Source: Verrucomicrobiia bacterium (GTDB lineage: Bacteria; Verrucomicrobiota; Verrucomicrobiia; Limisphaerales; UBA1319). Taken from it: DNA of 64,000 nucleotides. The position numbers were made by a program, and so were the translations under genes. This document shows, piece after piece, positions 30,148 to 40,561 of this stretch; position 1 is the first letter of the stretch; every line of letters starts with the position of its first letter. Where the stretch lies: assembly GCA_963664225.1 (NCBI GenBank), contig OY760937.1, positions 2,560,001 to 2,624,000 on the forward strand. The letters are read 5' to 3'. The notes below the pieces were generated by a model, which was not told the origin of the DNA, did no database searches, and saw nothing but the letters and a program-made list of their open reading frames with translations.

Positions 30148-31958
30148 ATGCTTTGCTGCGCTGGCTGGACGCGCGGACGGGTTACCAGCAGATCCTCCAT
30201 TATCTACTCGACGAATCGATCCCGGGGGGATCGCGGTGGCGCTATGTCTGGGGCAGCGCGCTGATGTTCACGGTGGCCATGCAGGTGATCACGGGGATTT
30301 TTCTGGCGATGGCCTACAGCCCGAACACGCAGTCGGCCTGGGCCAGTGTTTATTACATCCAATACCAGATGCCGGGAGGGGCGCTTCTGCGGGGGCTGCA
30401 CCATTTCTTCGCGCAGCTCATGATCCTGCTTCTGGGCGTGCATATGCTCCAGACGGTCTGGGACCGGGCCTACACGGCCCCGCGCGAGATTAATTTCTGG
30501 TTTGGACTGGCACTGATGCAACTCACGCTGGCCATATCGCTGACGGGGTATTTGCTGCCGTGGGATCAAAAGGGATTCTGGGCGACGAAGGTGGCCACGA
30601 ATATTTTTGGGACGGCGCCCGTTTTTGGGCCGGCGATTCAAAAACTGCTGATGGGCGGATCGGATTACGGCCACCATACATTGACCCGCTTCTACGCGCT
30701 GCATGCGGGCGTTCTGCCGATGATGTTATTTGCGGCCGTGGGCGCCCATATCTATTTGTTTCGCCGCCATGGCATCAAGGCCAAAAGACCGTTCCGCACC
30801 ACGGACCAGACGTTCTGGCCCGACCAGGTGCTCAAGGATGCCGTGGCCGCCTGCGCGGTGCTGGCCACGGTGCTGGTGCTGATTTACCGCAACAACCTTT
30901 TTCACGGGGGTGGCATGGCTGGCGCGGAGTTGGGCGCGCCTGCCGATCCCACGGAACCGTATTCGGCGGCGCGTCCGGAATGGTATTTCCTGTTCATGTT
31001 CCAGTTTCTAAAGCTCTTCCCGGGCGGCACTGAAGTGTGGGGGGCGATCATCATTCCAAACCTGGTGCTGGTGACGTTGTTGCTCATGCCTTTCATTGCG
31101 ATCTGGAGGTTCGGTCACAAACTGAATCTGGCCTTGCTGGGATGTCTGGTTTTGGGAATCGGAGTGCTGACATGGACGGCGATGGAGCAGGACCGCAAGG
31201 ACCCGGAGTTTCAACGCGCCGTGGCCGACGCGCAGAGGGCGGCGGAACGCGCGGTTCTTTTGGCGCAGACCGCAGGCGGTATTCCGGCGGAAGGGGGACT
31301 GGCGATGCTGCAGGCGGATCCCCTGACGCAGGGTCCCCGGTTATTCGCCAGGAATTGCGCCAGTTGTCACCGCTATGACGGCCACGACGGAATGGGGAGG
31401 AAGATCGAGGAACCGCCCACCGCTTCCGATTTGAAGGATTTCGGCAGCCGTAAATGGATCACGGGATTGCTCGATCCAAAACAAGTTTCCGAGCCGCATT
31501 ACTTTGGCGGCACCAAGTTCAAGAATGGCAAAATGGCCAAATTCGTGAAACTGAAGATCGCCAAGCTCACCGATGAGGACAAAACGAACCTGACCTGTGT
31601 TGTGGCGGCCATTTCCGCAGAGGCGGGACTTAAGGCACAGCGCGCGGCGGATGCGGACACCGCCTTGATTGAGAGCGGGCGGGACCTGTTTAAAAACAAA
31701 CTCGGCTGCTCGGATTGCCACAAATTCCGGGATGCGGACACGGAAGGCACGGCGCCCACGCTGACAGGTTACGGATCGCGTGAGTGGATCATGAGCATGA
31801 TGCATAATCCGGCGCATGAGCGGTTTTACGGGAAGAACAACGATCGCATGCCCGCTTTTGGCGCCCAGGAAATTCTCGATGCCAGGGCGATGGGCGTGAT
31901 TGCCGACTGGTTGCGCGGCGATTGGGTGGAACCAAAACCCGCCCCGTTAAAAAAATAA
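30144..31958 (+). CDS. Cytochrome b plus subunit IV fused to a diheme cytochrome c
   Basis: ATGA overlap with the Rieske gene; four heme-b His residues, TGYLLPWDQ, PEWY; CASCH and CSDCH. Confidence 0.92.
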   Translation: MNALLRWLDARTGYQQILHYLLDESIPGGSRWRYVWGSALMFTVAMQVITGIFLAMAYSPNTQSAWASVYYIQYQMPGGALLRGLHHFFAQLMILLLGVHMLQTVWDRAYTAPREINFWFGLALMQLTLAISLTGYLLPWDQKGFWATKVATNIFGTAPVFGPAIQKLLMGGSDYGHHTLTRFYALHAGVLPMMLFAAVGAHIYLFRRHGIKAKRPFRTTDQTFWPDQVLKDAVAACAVLATVLVLIYRNNLFHGGGMAGAELGAPADPTEPYSAARPEWYFLFMFQFLKLFPGGTEVWGAIIIPNLVLVTLLLMPFIAIWRFGHKLNLALLGCLVLGIGVLTWTAMEQDRKDPEFQRAVADAQRAAERAVLLAQTAGGIPAEGGLAMLQADPLTQGPRLFARNCASCHRYDGHDGMGRKIEEPPTASDLKDFGSRKWITGLLDPKQVSEPHYFGGTKFKNGKMAKFVKLKIAKLTDEDKTNLTCVVAAISAEAGLKAQRAADADTALIESGRDLFKNKLGCSDCHKFRDADTEGTAPTLTGYGSREWIMSMMHNPAHERFYGKNNDRMPAFGAQEILDARAMGVIADWLRGDWVEPKPAPLKK

Positions 31959-31988
31959 ATAATCCGACGATTATTCTTGCCTTAGCCG

Positions 31989-32417
31989 ATGAATAGAAGA
32001 GTAATACTGAGCAACAACACAGCGACCATGGCTCAACCCAGGCTTGATTTTAGGACGGCTTATTGCCGCATGCACCAATGCTCCGCAGAGGAGTTCTCCA
32101 TGGCTGTTTTTCGGCAGTCCCTGCATCTGCGCGCCCGTCCGTTTGCGGGGCTGCTCGCCTGGCTCTACCCGCGTTTTTTCCGCAACGACCTGATGCTCAT
32201 CGACGAAGTGGCCCTGGCCACCAGGCGCAATGAATGCCTGGTTGCCCTGCTGGGTTACCGGCAGGATTGCCACATGACCGGCGGCTTTTTGCATAATCAA
32301 TGCCGGATGCGTGTTTCGGGAAAGCGCCTCCTGAATGTGTTCGACGCAACGCTTCATCGCGCGGGTGTCGAATCGCCGAAAGAGGATGAACCCATTCTCC
32401 CGCCGGATGTGGAGTAG
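31989..32417 (+). CDS. Hypothetical protein
   Basis: 142-aa ORF co-directional with the bc genes; family not recognised. Confidence 0.55.
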   Translation: MNRRVILSNNTATMAQPRLDFRTAYCRMHQCSAEEFSMAVFRQSLHLRARPFAGLLAWLYPRFFRNDLMLIDEVALATRRNECLVALLGYRQDCHMTGGFLHNQCRMRVSGKRLLNVFDATLHRAGVESPKEDEPILPPDVE

Positions 32418-32588
32418 TTCTAACGGGCCATTGAAGACTGGGGTGGGGAAAGTGGGGTCTGGAGGTGTTTCATCCAGACCTCACCTATCCTCAAATCCCG
32501 TGAATGGGGGGGGCGCCGCACGCCATTCAAACATTCGCAAACATTCGCAGACATTCGCCATGAGAGCCGCGTCATGGGATTGGGTGCA

Positions 32589-32751
32589 TGACAAAACTCA
32601 GGAGTGTGGAAAACAGCCATGGCGGTGCGCTGATTTTAAGTCGGCATTGAGGCAACGACAGAACCAGTGTGCGGGGTTCGAGGGGCATTTGAAAACGATG
32701 GATTAAAGAGCGCTTTAAGCCGGTCTGGAGACCGGCGCTCCGAAGACAGCA
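32589..32751 (+). repeat. Single diverged copy of the ~165-bp element whose 3' half is amplified at 24338-25016
   Basis: tgacaaaactcaggagtgtggaaaac...gccggtctggagaccggcgctcc matches 24262-24420. Confidence 0.85.
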
Positions 32752-32913
32752 GTCACCCTATTTACTCCACTGGCATTTTTTGGCCTTCTTCTGCTGGCAA
32801 TAGAATTTTGTCCTGGGCGTCATGGCATTCCAAGTCCAATTCGGGCGTTGCGTCGGGACCTCATTTCGGCTACTCGTGTGTTCGTTAAGACAATGATAAA
32901 CGCAGATCGAGAT

Positions 32914-33714
32914 ATGACGACGAAAGATAGTCCGGCCCGCGGCTTGAGCCTCCGGGGCTTTTGCAAGGCGTCCTTGTTGCTGACGGCGCTGCTGTGGACT
33001 GCCGGGGCGGGCGCGGCTGAACCCGCCGATGTTCTGAAGGCGGCGGTGGAAAAGCTCGCCAAGGGCAGCAATTACACGTGGACGACGACTTTCAAATTTC
33101 CAGACGCGCCAATCCATCCCGGCCCCATTAACGGCCAGATCGACGCCAGCGGCTATACCCTGTTGAGCCAGCATATTGGCAACGCTGACTTCGAAGCGGT
33201 GATCAAAGAGGGACTTGGGGTTCTCAAGCTGCCCGTTGGCTGGCTCAGCGCGAGCGAGATCATCGAGGGCAACCCGCAAGGGGCCGTGGGACCTGCAATG
33301 CTGATGTCGCGCGTCCTGTTCAATGTGCGCAAACCGGATATCGAAGCTGCGGAATTGTTGAAAATGGGCGTTGTCTTCACCCAGGACGATAAGGGTGTGA
33401 TCACGGAGCAACTGAGCGAAAACGCCGCTTTGACCTTGATCCGCAACGGCATCACCGGACGCCCCAATCCCACAGCCCCACCGCTGAAGCAAGCCAGGGG
33501 CAACGTCAAGTACTGGGTCAATGGCGGATCGATCGAGAAATATGAAATCAATCTGCAGGCGCAAATGATGCCCAGCGCCCACAATAACGCCGTCGATTTC
33601 AAGCCCACCACCATTGTCGAAATCACCAATGTGGGCACCACCAAAGTCCAGCCGCCCCAAGCCGCGCTCGACAAACTGGCGGCGTTGACGGCTCCGCCTG
33701 CGGCCGCGAAGTAA
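32914..33714 (+). CDS. Secreted hypothetical protein
   Basis: Signal peptide ending AGA-AE; no family recognised. Confidence 0.65.
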   Translation: MTTKDSPARGLSLRGFCKASLLLTALLWTAGAGAAEPADVLKAAVEKLAKGSNYTWTTTFKFPDAPIHPGPINGQIDASGYTLLSQHIGNADFEAVIKEGLGVLKLPVGWLSASEIIEGNPQGAVGPAMLMSRVLFNVRKPDIEAAELLKMGVVFTQDDKGVITEQLSENAALTLIRNGITGRPNPTAPPLKQARGNVKYWVNGGSIEKYEINLQAQMMPSAHNNAVDFKPTTIVEITNVGTTKVQPPQAALDKLAALTAPPAAAK

Positions 33715-33729
33715 TCCAGCGCGCGGGAA

Positions 33730-35154
33730 TCAGCCGCGGAAAAACAGCAGCCACACGAGGATCAGCATCGGGACCATGAACGGCAGCGTGTACTTGAAAA
33801 TGTAGCCCAGAAAGGTCGGCACATTGGGCACGCGGCTTTGCTCAGCGATGGCCTTGACCATGAAATTGGGGCCGTTGCCGATATAAGTGTTCGCCCCGAA
33901 AAACACCGCGCCGACGCTGATGGCCACAATGAAGTGGTTGTAGGCCACGTTGCCCAACAGAAACGCCGTTTCAATCTGGCTCTTCGTGACCGTTCCCGAG
34001 GCTATTTCGCCGCCATGATACTTTTGCAGCGCGGCCAGCGTTTGGCGAATATGCTCCGCCTCGGAACCTGTCAGCGAGGAAGCGCCCGAGGCCAATGCGG
34101 TTTGGACCCCGGCGATGACTTCAGGTTTGATGAACGCTCCAAAAGCCGCGCTCAGAAAGCTCAGGTAGGTCGGGGCGTTATCCAACACGCTCGAGAGTGT
34201 GCCGCTGGCCCAATAGAATAGCGCGGCGGTGGGCTTGAACAACCCGGCGGCGTGGCCCTGCAGGTAATCCAGCGCGGGCATCATGGTGGCGAAGATTCCG
34301 GCAAACAGGATCACCACTTCCATCACCGGATGGAAATTGAATGCGTTGGCGTGATGAATCGTTTTTTTCGTTGTGTAGTAAGAACCGACCGCCGCGCCCA
34401 CCATCAGGAGTTCCCGTAACATCACCGGTTTTTGGATGAACACCGCCGCCAGGATGACGCCCAGAAAAAACACATTCGACAGCCCGGTGCAGCTCCAGCG
34501 ATTGACCGGCTCCGCCAATTGTTCGCGCACCTGTTTGGGCGCCTTGAGGTAATTGCGCGTGTCCACGGCGTAAAACATCGCCAGGAGCGAGCCCACTCCC
34601 ACGGCCCAAATCGGCCAGCAATGCTCCGCCACCCACCAGAATGGAATGCCCTGCAGATAACCCAGGAACAACGGCGGGTCGCCAATCGGGGTGAGGCATC
34701 CGCCCACATTGGACACGATGAATATGAAGAAGACGACATGATGGCCGGTCACCCGGTATTTATTCATGCGAATCCACGGACGGATCAGCAGCATGGAGGC
34801 GCCCGTGGTGCCCAGCAGATTGGCAATCACCGCGCCGAAAAACAGAAACTTCACATTCTCCCACGGCGTCGCCTCGCCATTGATCTGGATGTGAATGCCA
34901 CCGGCAACCACGTAGAGCGAACCGATCAGGGCGATAAAGCTGACATATTCCATCGCGGTATCCGCGGCGCGCGGCCAGGCGTGCAGTCCCGCCAGATAGT
35001 AAATCACCGTCACTGCGCCCAGGCCCAGGGCGACCAAGGGATAATGCCTGCCCCACCAGCCCGGGAAAAACAACGGAGCCAGCGCAATGGCCGCCAGCAG
35101 CAGCACAAACGGCAGGATCATCCAGGTGTTTGGCTCAATGATCGCGTGCGACAT
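33730..35154 (-). CDS. Putative sodium:proton antiporter (ion transporter superfamily)
   Basis: GTTGASMLLIRP, NVGGCLTPIGDPPLFLG, LDNAPTY and TYIGNGPNFMVK. Confidence 0.85.
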   Translation of the reverse strand: MSHAIIEPNTWMILPFVLLLAAIALAPLFFPGWWGRHYPLVALGLGAVTVIYYLAGLHAWPRAADTAMEYVSFIALIGSLYVVAGGIHIQINGEATPWENVKFLFFGAVIANLLGTTGASMLLIRPWIRMNKYRVTGHHVVFFIFIVSNVGGCLTPIGDPPLFLGYLQGIPFWWVAEHCWPIWAVGVGSLLAMFYAVDTRNYLKAPKQVREQLAEPVNRWSCTGLSNVFFLGVILAAVFIQKPVMLRELLMVGAAVGSYYTTKKTIHHANAFNFHPVMEVVILFAGIFATMMPALDYLQGHAAGLFKPTAALFYWASGTLSSVLDNAPTYLSFLSAAFGAFIKPEVIAGVQTALASGASSLTGSEAEHIRQTLAALQKYHGGEIASGTVTKSQIETAFLLGNVAYNHFIVAISVGAVFFGANTYIGNGPNFMVKAIAEQSRVPNVPTFLGYIFKYTLPFMVPMLILVWLLFFRG

Positions 35155-35160
35155 ATATAA

Positions 35161-36732
35161 TTATGGGGCGGACGGTGCGGAAGGGATGTTCGTGCTGGTG
35201 TTACCAGCGGCTGCCAACTTGCTGGGAAACTGGGCCGTCCCGAGTTTCATGCGCTCATGGCGATACTGCCGCAGACCGGCCCCGGTGGTTTCGATGGCCA
35301 GCGGCGGTCCGCTAAAATCCACCACGCCCGACATGGACGCGGCCAGGACAGGCGGCATGGCCACGGATTGACTGGCGTCCCAAACGGCCAGGCACCGCGC
35401 AAAAGGCCGTGCCAGCGTCGGTTCAATAAAGCCCGGACAAAACACCGGCAGTCCGGGCACTTGCAGCCGGACGTTGCCCGCGATCCAGAAATTCTCGGCG
35501 GCGGCGAATCCGATCTGGCCGGAACGCGCGGCGATGCTCCGGGTCAGTTTATCGAAAGGAGCGTTGAGCAATTCGTGGCGGTGCATCGTTTCCGCCAGCC
35601 AGATGCGGCCCGGAATGGCGATGCAGATCAAGGCGCCCAGCACCAGTGCAATGCGCATCAAACGCAATGTGGGCAGCGGCCTGGACCAGGCGTCGAAGGC
35701 CGTCACAAAAAGCACCGGCGTCAGGATCATCAGCGGCTCGAACCACCGTTCCTTGAAATGCGTGGCGTGAAAAACCAGGGCCAGCACCGCAATGACCAGC
35801 ACGGGCAGGCCAATGGCCGTGAGAATTAAATTTCGCGTGCCAATGGTTTTTTCCGAGGTGCGTCCCGGTTTTCCCCAGGTGACCAGCATCCAAAAGACCA
35901 GGGCGGGCGCGGGCACGGCAAGAACCGCCAGCACCAGCGAGGAAAGGCCCATCCAGGCTGCGCGCAGGGCCGTGATATTGGTCTGGGTGTCGAATTTGTT
36001 CACGCTGACCAGCACCAGGTCGCGATGGTTTAAAACCCAGTTCAGATGCGGGGCCACCAATGCCGCCGCCAGGGCCAGCGCCAGCAACATGCGCGCATCC
36101 AGCACGGTGCGGCGATAGGCTTTGCAAACCGCGCCCGCGCAAACCAGCCCCAGTCCGACAAAGGCGTAATTATAATTTGAGAGCGTTCCCAAACCGAGGC
36201 ACGCCCCCAGCAGCAGGTATTTCCACAGGCGCGGCCGTTCATGCAGCACCAGCAATACATTCAGCGTGACGATGGCCATGGTCGCCGCCAGGACCGTGTG
36301 CGTGAGGTCGCGCTGCGATTCCCACACGATGTGCGGAAACAGAAACAGCAGCAGCGCCGCGGTGACCCCGGCCCGGTGCTCGCCCGCGATCCGGCGCGCG
36401 CTGTCATAGGTGAAATAATACGCGCCGAACAGAAGCAGGTTCTTCAGCAGCGCCAGCGAGAACACGGAAACGCCGAACGCCTGGAAAAACACCGTTTGCA
36501 GCCAGGTGTATAAAGGCGGTTGCGGCCCGTATCCCCATTGAAAAATCTGCGTGAAAACCAGTTGCTCGCTCTCGTCCAGATCGGCCGTGGGCGAAGTGAC
36601 GATCCGCAATACTATTTGAATGCCGAAATACAGCGCCACCAACCGCAGGAACCGGCTGGGTGTGCTGATCAACCGCGACAACGCCGTTGACGCCGCTGGT
36701 TTGGTGGTGGATGCGCCCTGAACAGATTCCAT
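35161..36732 (-). CDS. GT-C membrane glycosyltransferase (ArnT / RgtA-D-like)
   Basis: LDESEQ...WGYGPQPPLYTWLQ; many TM helices; PHL.W. Confidence 0.8.
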   Translation of the reverse strand: MESVQGASTTKPAASTALSRLISTPSRFLRLVALYFGIQIVLRIVTSPTADLDESEQLVFTQIFQWGYGPQPPLYTWLQTVFFQAFGVSVFSLALLKNLLLFGAYYFTYDSARRIAGEHRAGVTAALLLFLFPHIVWESQRDLTHTVLAATMAIVTLNVLLVLHERPRLWKYLLLGACLGLGTLSNYNYAFVGLGLVCAGAVCKAYRRTVLDARMLLALALAAALVAPHLNWVLNHRDLVLVSVNKFDTQTNITALRAAWMGLSSLVLAVLAVPAPALVFWMLVTWGKPGRTSEKTIGTRNLILTAIGLPVLVIAVLALVFHATHFKERWFEPLMILTPVLFVTAFDAWSRPLPTLRLMRIALVLGALICIAIPGRIWLAETMHRHELLNAPFDKLTRSIAARSGQIGFAAAENFWIAGNVRLQVPGLPVFCPGFIEPTLARPFARCLAVWDASQSVAMPPVLAASMSGVVDFSGPPLAIETTGAGLRQYRHERMKLGTAQFPSKLAAAGNTSTNIPSAPSAP

Positions 36733-36737
36733 GAGTA

Positions 36738-37826
36738 TTAACTACCCTTTGGCAGGGGTCTGGACAATTGAAAATGATCGAGCGCCTGCAACACTTCGTC
36801 CGGCCTGATATCCGCCAGACACCGCGCGTGCGGCGCGTTGCGGCAGGTCGGCTCCTTCAATCCCGCGCATCGACACGCCACGACCCGGTGCAGATGGTTC
36901 TCCCCGCGCGGCAGCCATTCCTTCAAGCCGGCATATTCCCGGAAAATCGAAAACGTGGGAATGCCCAGCGCACAGGCCAGGTGGATCACCCCGGAATCCG
37001 GCCCCACGTGCAGTCGGCACCGCGTCAGAACCCCCGCCAGTTGCGCCAGGCTCAGGTCGGTCAAAACACGCACACGCACATCGCCCGCCTCTTCGGCGAT
37101 CTGCCGCAACCGTGTCTGTTCCCGCGTCCGGGAACTGCCGGTGACGATGACGTTGAGCAGCGGATTCTTCGCCAGCAACCCCTTGACCAACGCGATGGAA
37201 TGTTCCAGAGGCCATTCCTTGAGATGCGTGCTCGCGTTTGGCGAAATATGCACCGAACCGGCGGGCACGCGTTCTTCCGCCCAGTCCAGGGCCAGCGGAG
37301 GCACTTTCAAGTTGAATTGCGCCGGGGCCAATGTGAATCCGCATGCGGTCAGCACCTGCCGCCGTTGTTCGAACACCGGCAGCGTTCGGTCCTGCTCAGG
37401 CACCACGCAGTGCATCAGCCAGGGAGTCCAGAAATGTTTCCGGGCCGCCTCATGCGTCATGCGCAATCGCGCGCCGCTGAGTGCTGTGAGAAAGATTGTC
37501 CGATCCGCCCCGCTGAAGTTATACGCCACGTTGAAATGCTCGCGCCGCAGTTTTTTGATGATGTCCCAATGTTTCCAGAAGGGCGGGCTGGGCGGTCCCA
37601 ATGGAAAGGCCCAGGCCTTATCGACACACGACACCAATTGCAGCACTTCGGCCCCCAGGGGCGAGGTGAGAACATGAATGGCCGCGCGCGGATGATGCCG
37701 CCGCAGCTCCCACAACGCGGGGATGAGATGAATCGAATCGCCCAGAAAGCCCAGATCGATGACCAGAATTTTCCCCGCCTTCTGGCACTCCTTCTGGCTC
37801 ATCGAATAAAATTGATCCGGATTCAT
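36738..37826 (-). CDS. GT9 LPS heptosyltransferase-like glycosyltransferase
   Basis: ILVIDLGFLGD, KEWP and GPDSGVIHLACALG.P. Confidence 0.9.
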   Translation of the reverse strand: MNPDQFYSMSQKECQKAGKILVIDLGFLGDSIHLIPALWELRRHHPRAAIHVLTSPLGAEVLQLVSCVDKAWAFPLGPPSPPFWKHWDIIKKLRREHFNVAYNFSGADRTIFLTALSGARLRMTHEAARKHFWTPWLMHCVVPEQDRTLPVFEQRRQVLTACGFTLAPAQFNLKVPPLALDWAEERVPAGSVHISPNASTHLKEWPLEHSIALVKGLLAKNPLLNVIVTGSSRTREQTRLRQIAEEAGDVRVRVLTDLSLAQLAGVLTRCRLHVGPDSGVIHLACALGIPTFSIFREYAGLKEWLPRGENHLHRVVACRCAGLKEPTCRNAPHARCLADIRPDEVLQALDHFQLSRPLPKGS

Positions 37827-37980
37827 GTTCGTTTTAATTCAAGAGCGCGTGCCCCATCCCGATAATGTGGCGACTACTTTTTCTTCTGAAATTTCTGCAT
37901 GACGGACACCCTGACGCCGCGTGAGGGCACGCGGCCTACAATATAAACAGGCGCACCTGCTTGCAGGCCCGGTGTCCTGT

Positions 37981-40251
37981 TCATTTGTTCTTCTGTGATT
38001 TCTGCAAGGCTTCCGTAAACCAATCCGTTGTCGGCGGTTTGCTGGCGGGTACCGGACGCGCCCCGCGCATCGGGGCATTGCTCGATCCCGAACGCGCCGT
38101 TGCCGGTCCAATCTGAGGCGCGCTGCGCAGCGACAAGGCAATGCGTTTGCGCGGCAGGTCCACTTCCGTGACCGTGGCCATGACCTTCTGGCCGACCTTG
38201 ACCACTTCCGCCGGATTCTTCACAAACCGGTCCGCCAACTGGCTCACATGGACGAGCCCGTCCTGGTGCACCCCGATATCGACGAACGCCCCAAACGCCG
38301 TCACGTTGGTTACCAGGCCCGGCAGTTTCATGCCCGGCTTGAGGTCCTCCATTTTTTCCACGCCTTCCTTGAACGCGAAGGCTTCGAATTTCTCGCGCGG
38401 ATCGCGGCCCGGCTTGGCCAGTTCCGCCATGATGTCCGTGAGCGTGGGCAGACCCACCTGCTCGGTGACGTATTTTTTAAGATCGATCTTCTGGCGCAAT
38501 GCCGCGTCGCGCATCAAGTCCTGCACGGTGCATTTCAAGTCCTTGGTCATGGCATCGACCACCTCATAACGCTCCGGATGCACCGCGCTCGCATCGAGCG
38601 GATTGCCAGCCCCGCGGATGCGCAGAAAGCCCGCCGCCTGCTCGAACGCCTTGGGTCCCAAGCGCGTCACTTTCTTTAATTCATTGCGTGTCTTGAACGG
38701 CCCGTTTTCGTTGCGATAGGCCACGATGTTCGCCGCGATCTGCGCGCCAATTCCCGAGACATAACCCAGCAACTGGCGGCTTGCAGTGTTCACTTCCACG
38801 CCCACGCCGTTGACGCAACTCACCACCACGTCGTCCAGACCGCGCTTGAGCGCCGCCTGGTCCACGTCATGTTGATACTGACCCACGCCGATGGATTTCG
38901 CATCCAGCTTGACCAACTCAGCCAGCGGATCCATGAGACGGCGTCCGATGGAGACCGCACCGCGCACGGTGATGTCCTGGTCGGGAAATTCCTCGCGCGC
39001 GGCCTCGGAAGCCGAGTAAATCGACGCGCCGCTTTCGTTGACCATGACAATGGCAATCGAGGCCGGCAGTTTCAACGAGCGTATAAACGTCTCCGTTTCG
39101 CGGCCTGCGGTGCCGTTGCCAATGGCAATCGCCTCAATCGCAAACTTCTGGCAGAGCACCCGGATTTTATTCTCAGCCTCGGACACCCGCGCGTCGGATT
39201 GCGAGGGAAAAATCACGTCGTGGAAAAGCAGTTTCCCCTGGCGGTCCAGGCAGACGATCTTGCATCCCGTGCGAAATCCCGGATCGATGCCCAGCACGTT
39301 TTTCTGGCCCAGGGCCGGAGCCAGCAGCAACTCCCGCAGGTTCTCCGCGAACACCCGGATGGCCTCCGCGTCCGCCTTCTTTTTGTATTCGATGCGCGTC
39401 TCCGCCTCGATGGCCATTCCCAGCAGCCGCTTGTAGCTGTCCTGAACCGCCAGCCGCACCTGCGCCGCCGCCAATCCGCGTCCAGTGACAAATAGCGGCT
39501 CCAGCAACATCAGCGCCTCTTCCTCGGGAGGCGTGATCCGCAGGATCAGAAATGACTCCTCCTCACCGCGCCGGATTGCCAGCATGCGATGGGACGGAAT
39601 CGTGGCCACCGGTTCGCTCCAGTCGAAATAATCTTTGAATTTCGCCCCTTCCTCCTCCTTGCCCGTGATGATCTTGGAACGGACCACCGCGCTGCGCACA
39701 TAAAGCTCGCGCAGCTTCGCGCGGGCATTCGGGTCGTCGGCCACGCGCTCGGCCAGGATATCCCGCGCGCCCGCCAGCGCCGCTTCTTCCGTGGCCACGC
39801 CCTTCTCGGCATTTACGAACGCTTTGGCGGCGGCGGAGGGATCCGTGGTGTCCTGCCCGTTGAAGAGCAAATCGGTCAGCGGTTCCAGGCCCAGCTCGCG
39901 CGCAATGGTGGCGCGGGTCCGGCGCTTGGGCCGGTAGGGTTGGAAAATATCCTCCAGCGTCGTGAGCGTCTCCGCCGCGCCAATGGACACCTTCAACTCG
40001 TCGGTCAACAGGTTGCGCTCCTCCAGCGATTTGAGGATCGCCTCGCGCCTGCGGTCCAATTCCCCCAACTGCTCCAGGCGGTCCCGGATGCTCGTAATGG
40101 CCACTTCATCGAGCAACCCCGTCGCCTCTTTGCGATAGCGCGCAATGAAAGGCACCGTGGCGCCCTCGCCCAGCAACAACGCCGTGGCCGCCACCTGCGC
40201 GGGCTTGACCTTCAACTCACCAGAAATCTTGAATATGTGTGTTTCGTTCAT
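37981..40251 (-). CDS. tex: Tex/YhgF RNA-binding transcription accessory protein
   Basis: ATVPFIARYRKEATG, GIDPGFRTGCK, IGVGQYQHD and an S1 domain; likely ATG at 40251. Confidence 0.96.
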   Translation of the reverse strand: MNETHIFKISGELKVKPAQVAATALLLGEGATVPFIARYRKEATGLLDEVAITSIRDRLEQLGELDRRREAILKSLEERNLLTDELKVSIGAAETLTTLEDIFQPYRPKRRTRATIARELGLEPLTDLLFNGQDTTDPSAAAKAFVNAEKGVATEEAALAGARDILAERVADDPNARAKLRELYVRSAVVRSKIITGKEEEGAKFKDYFDWSEPVATIPSHRMLAIRRGEEESFLILRITPPEEEALMLLEPLFVTGRGLAAAQVRLAVQDSYKRLLGMAIEAETRIEYKKKADAEAIRVFAENLRELLLAPALGQKNVLGIDPGFRTGCKIVCLDRQGKLLFHDVIFPSQSDARVSEAENKIRVLCQKFAIEAIAIGNGTAGRETETFIRSLKLPASIAIVMVNESGASIYSASEAAREEFPDQDITVRGAVSIGRRLMDPLAELVKLDAKSIGVGQYQHDVDQAALKRGLDDVVVSCVNGVGVEVNTASRQLLGYVSGIGAQIAANIVAYRNENGPFKTRNELKKVTRLGPKAFEQAAGFLRIRGAGNPLDASAVHPERYEVVDAMTKDLKCTVQDLMRDAALRQKIDLKKYVTEQVGLPTLTDIMAELAKPGRDPREKFEAFAFKEGVEKMEDLKPGMKLPGLVTNVTAFGAFVDIGVHQDGLVHVSQLADRFVKNPAEVVKVGQKVMATVTEVDLPRKRIALSLRSAPQIGPATARSGSSNAPMRGARPVPASKPPTTDWFTEALQKSQKNK

Positions 40252-40561
40252 GATCACCAACTGCGGGAATTTGTACCCCACCGTCCCCGGGATGTAAAAC
40301 ATTGCGTTGGCGGCACGCGGACCCTGGCCCGGTCGAATCTCCTATTGCCAACGCGGTTTTTGCAGCGCAGGGTGAATTCGTCCTTGACGACATCATTGCC
40401 ATGACCACGCTCAATTCATACGATAGGGTCAATCGGTTGTTCTCGATCAGTTTGCCTCTGACCGGCGCTGGCGAATTGCCATTAAGTTTTGACGGAGCAC
40501 ATAACGGGGCCAGTCAGCACGCTCAGGCGAGGCTCGCGAAGTTGGGCTGCAAACAAATCAG

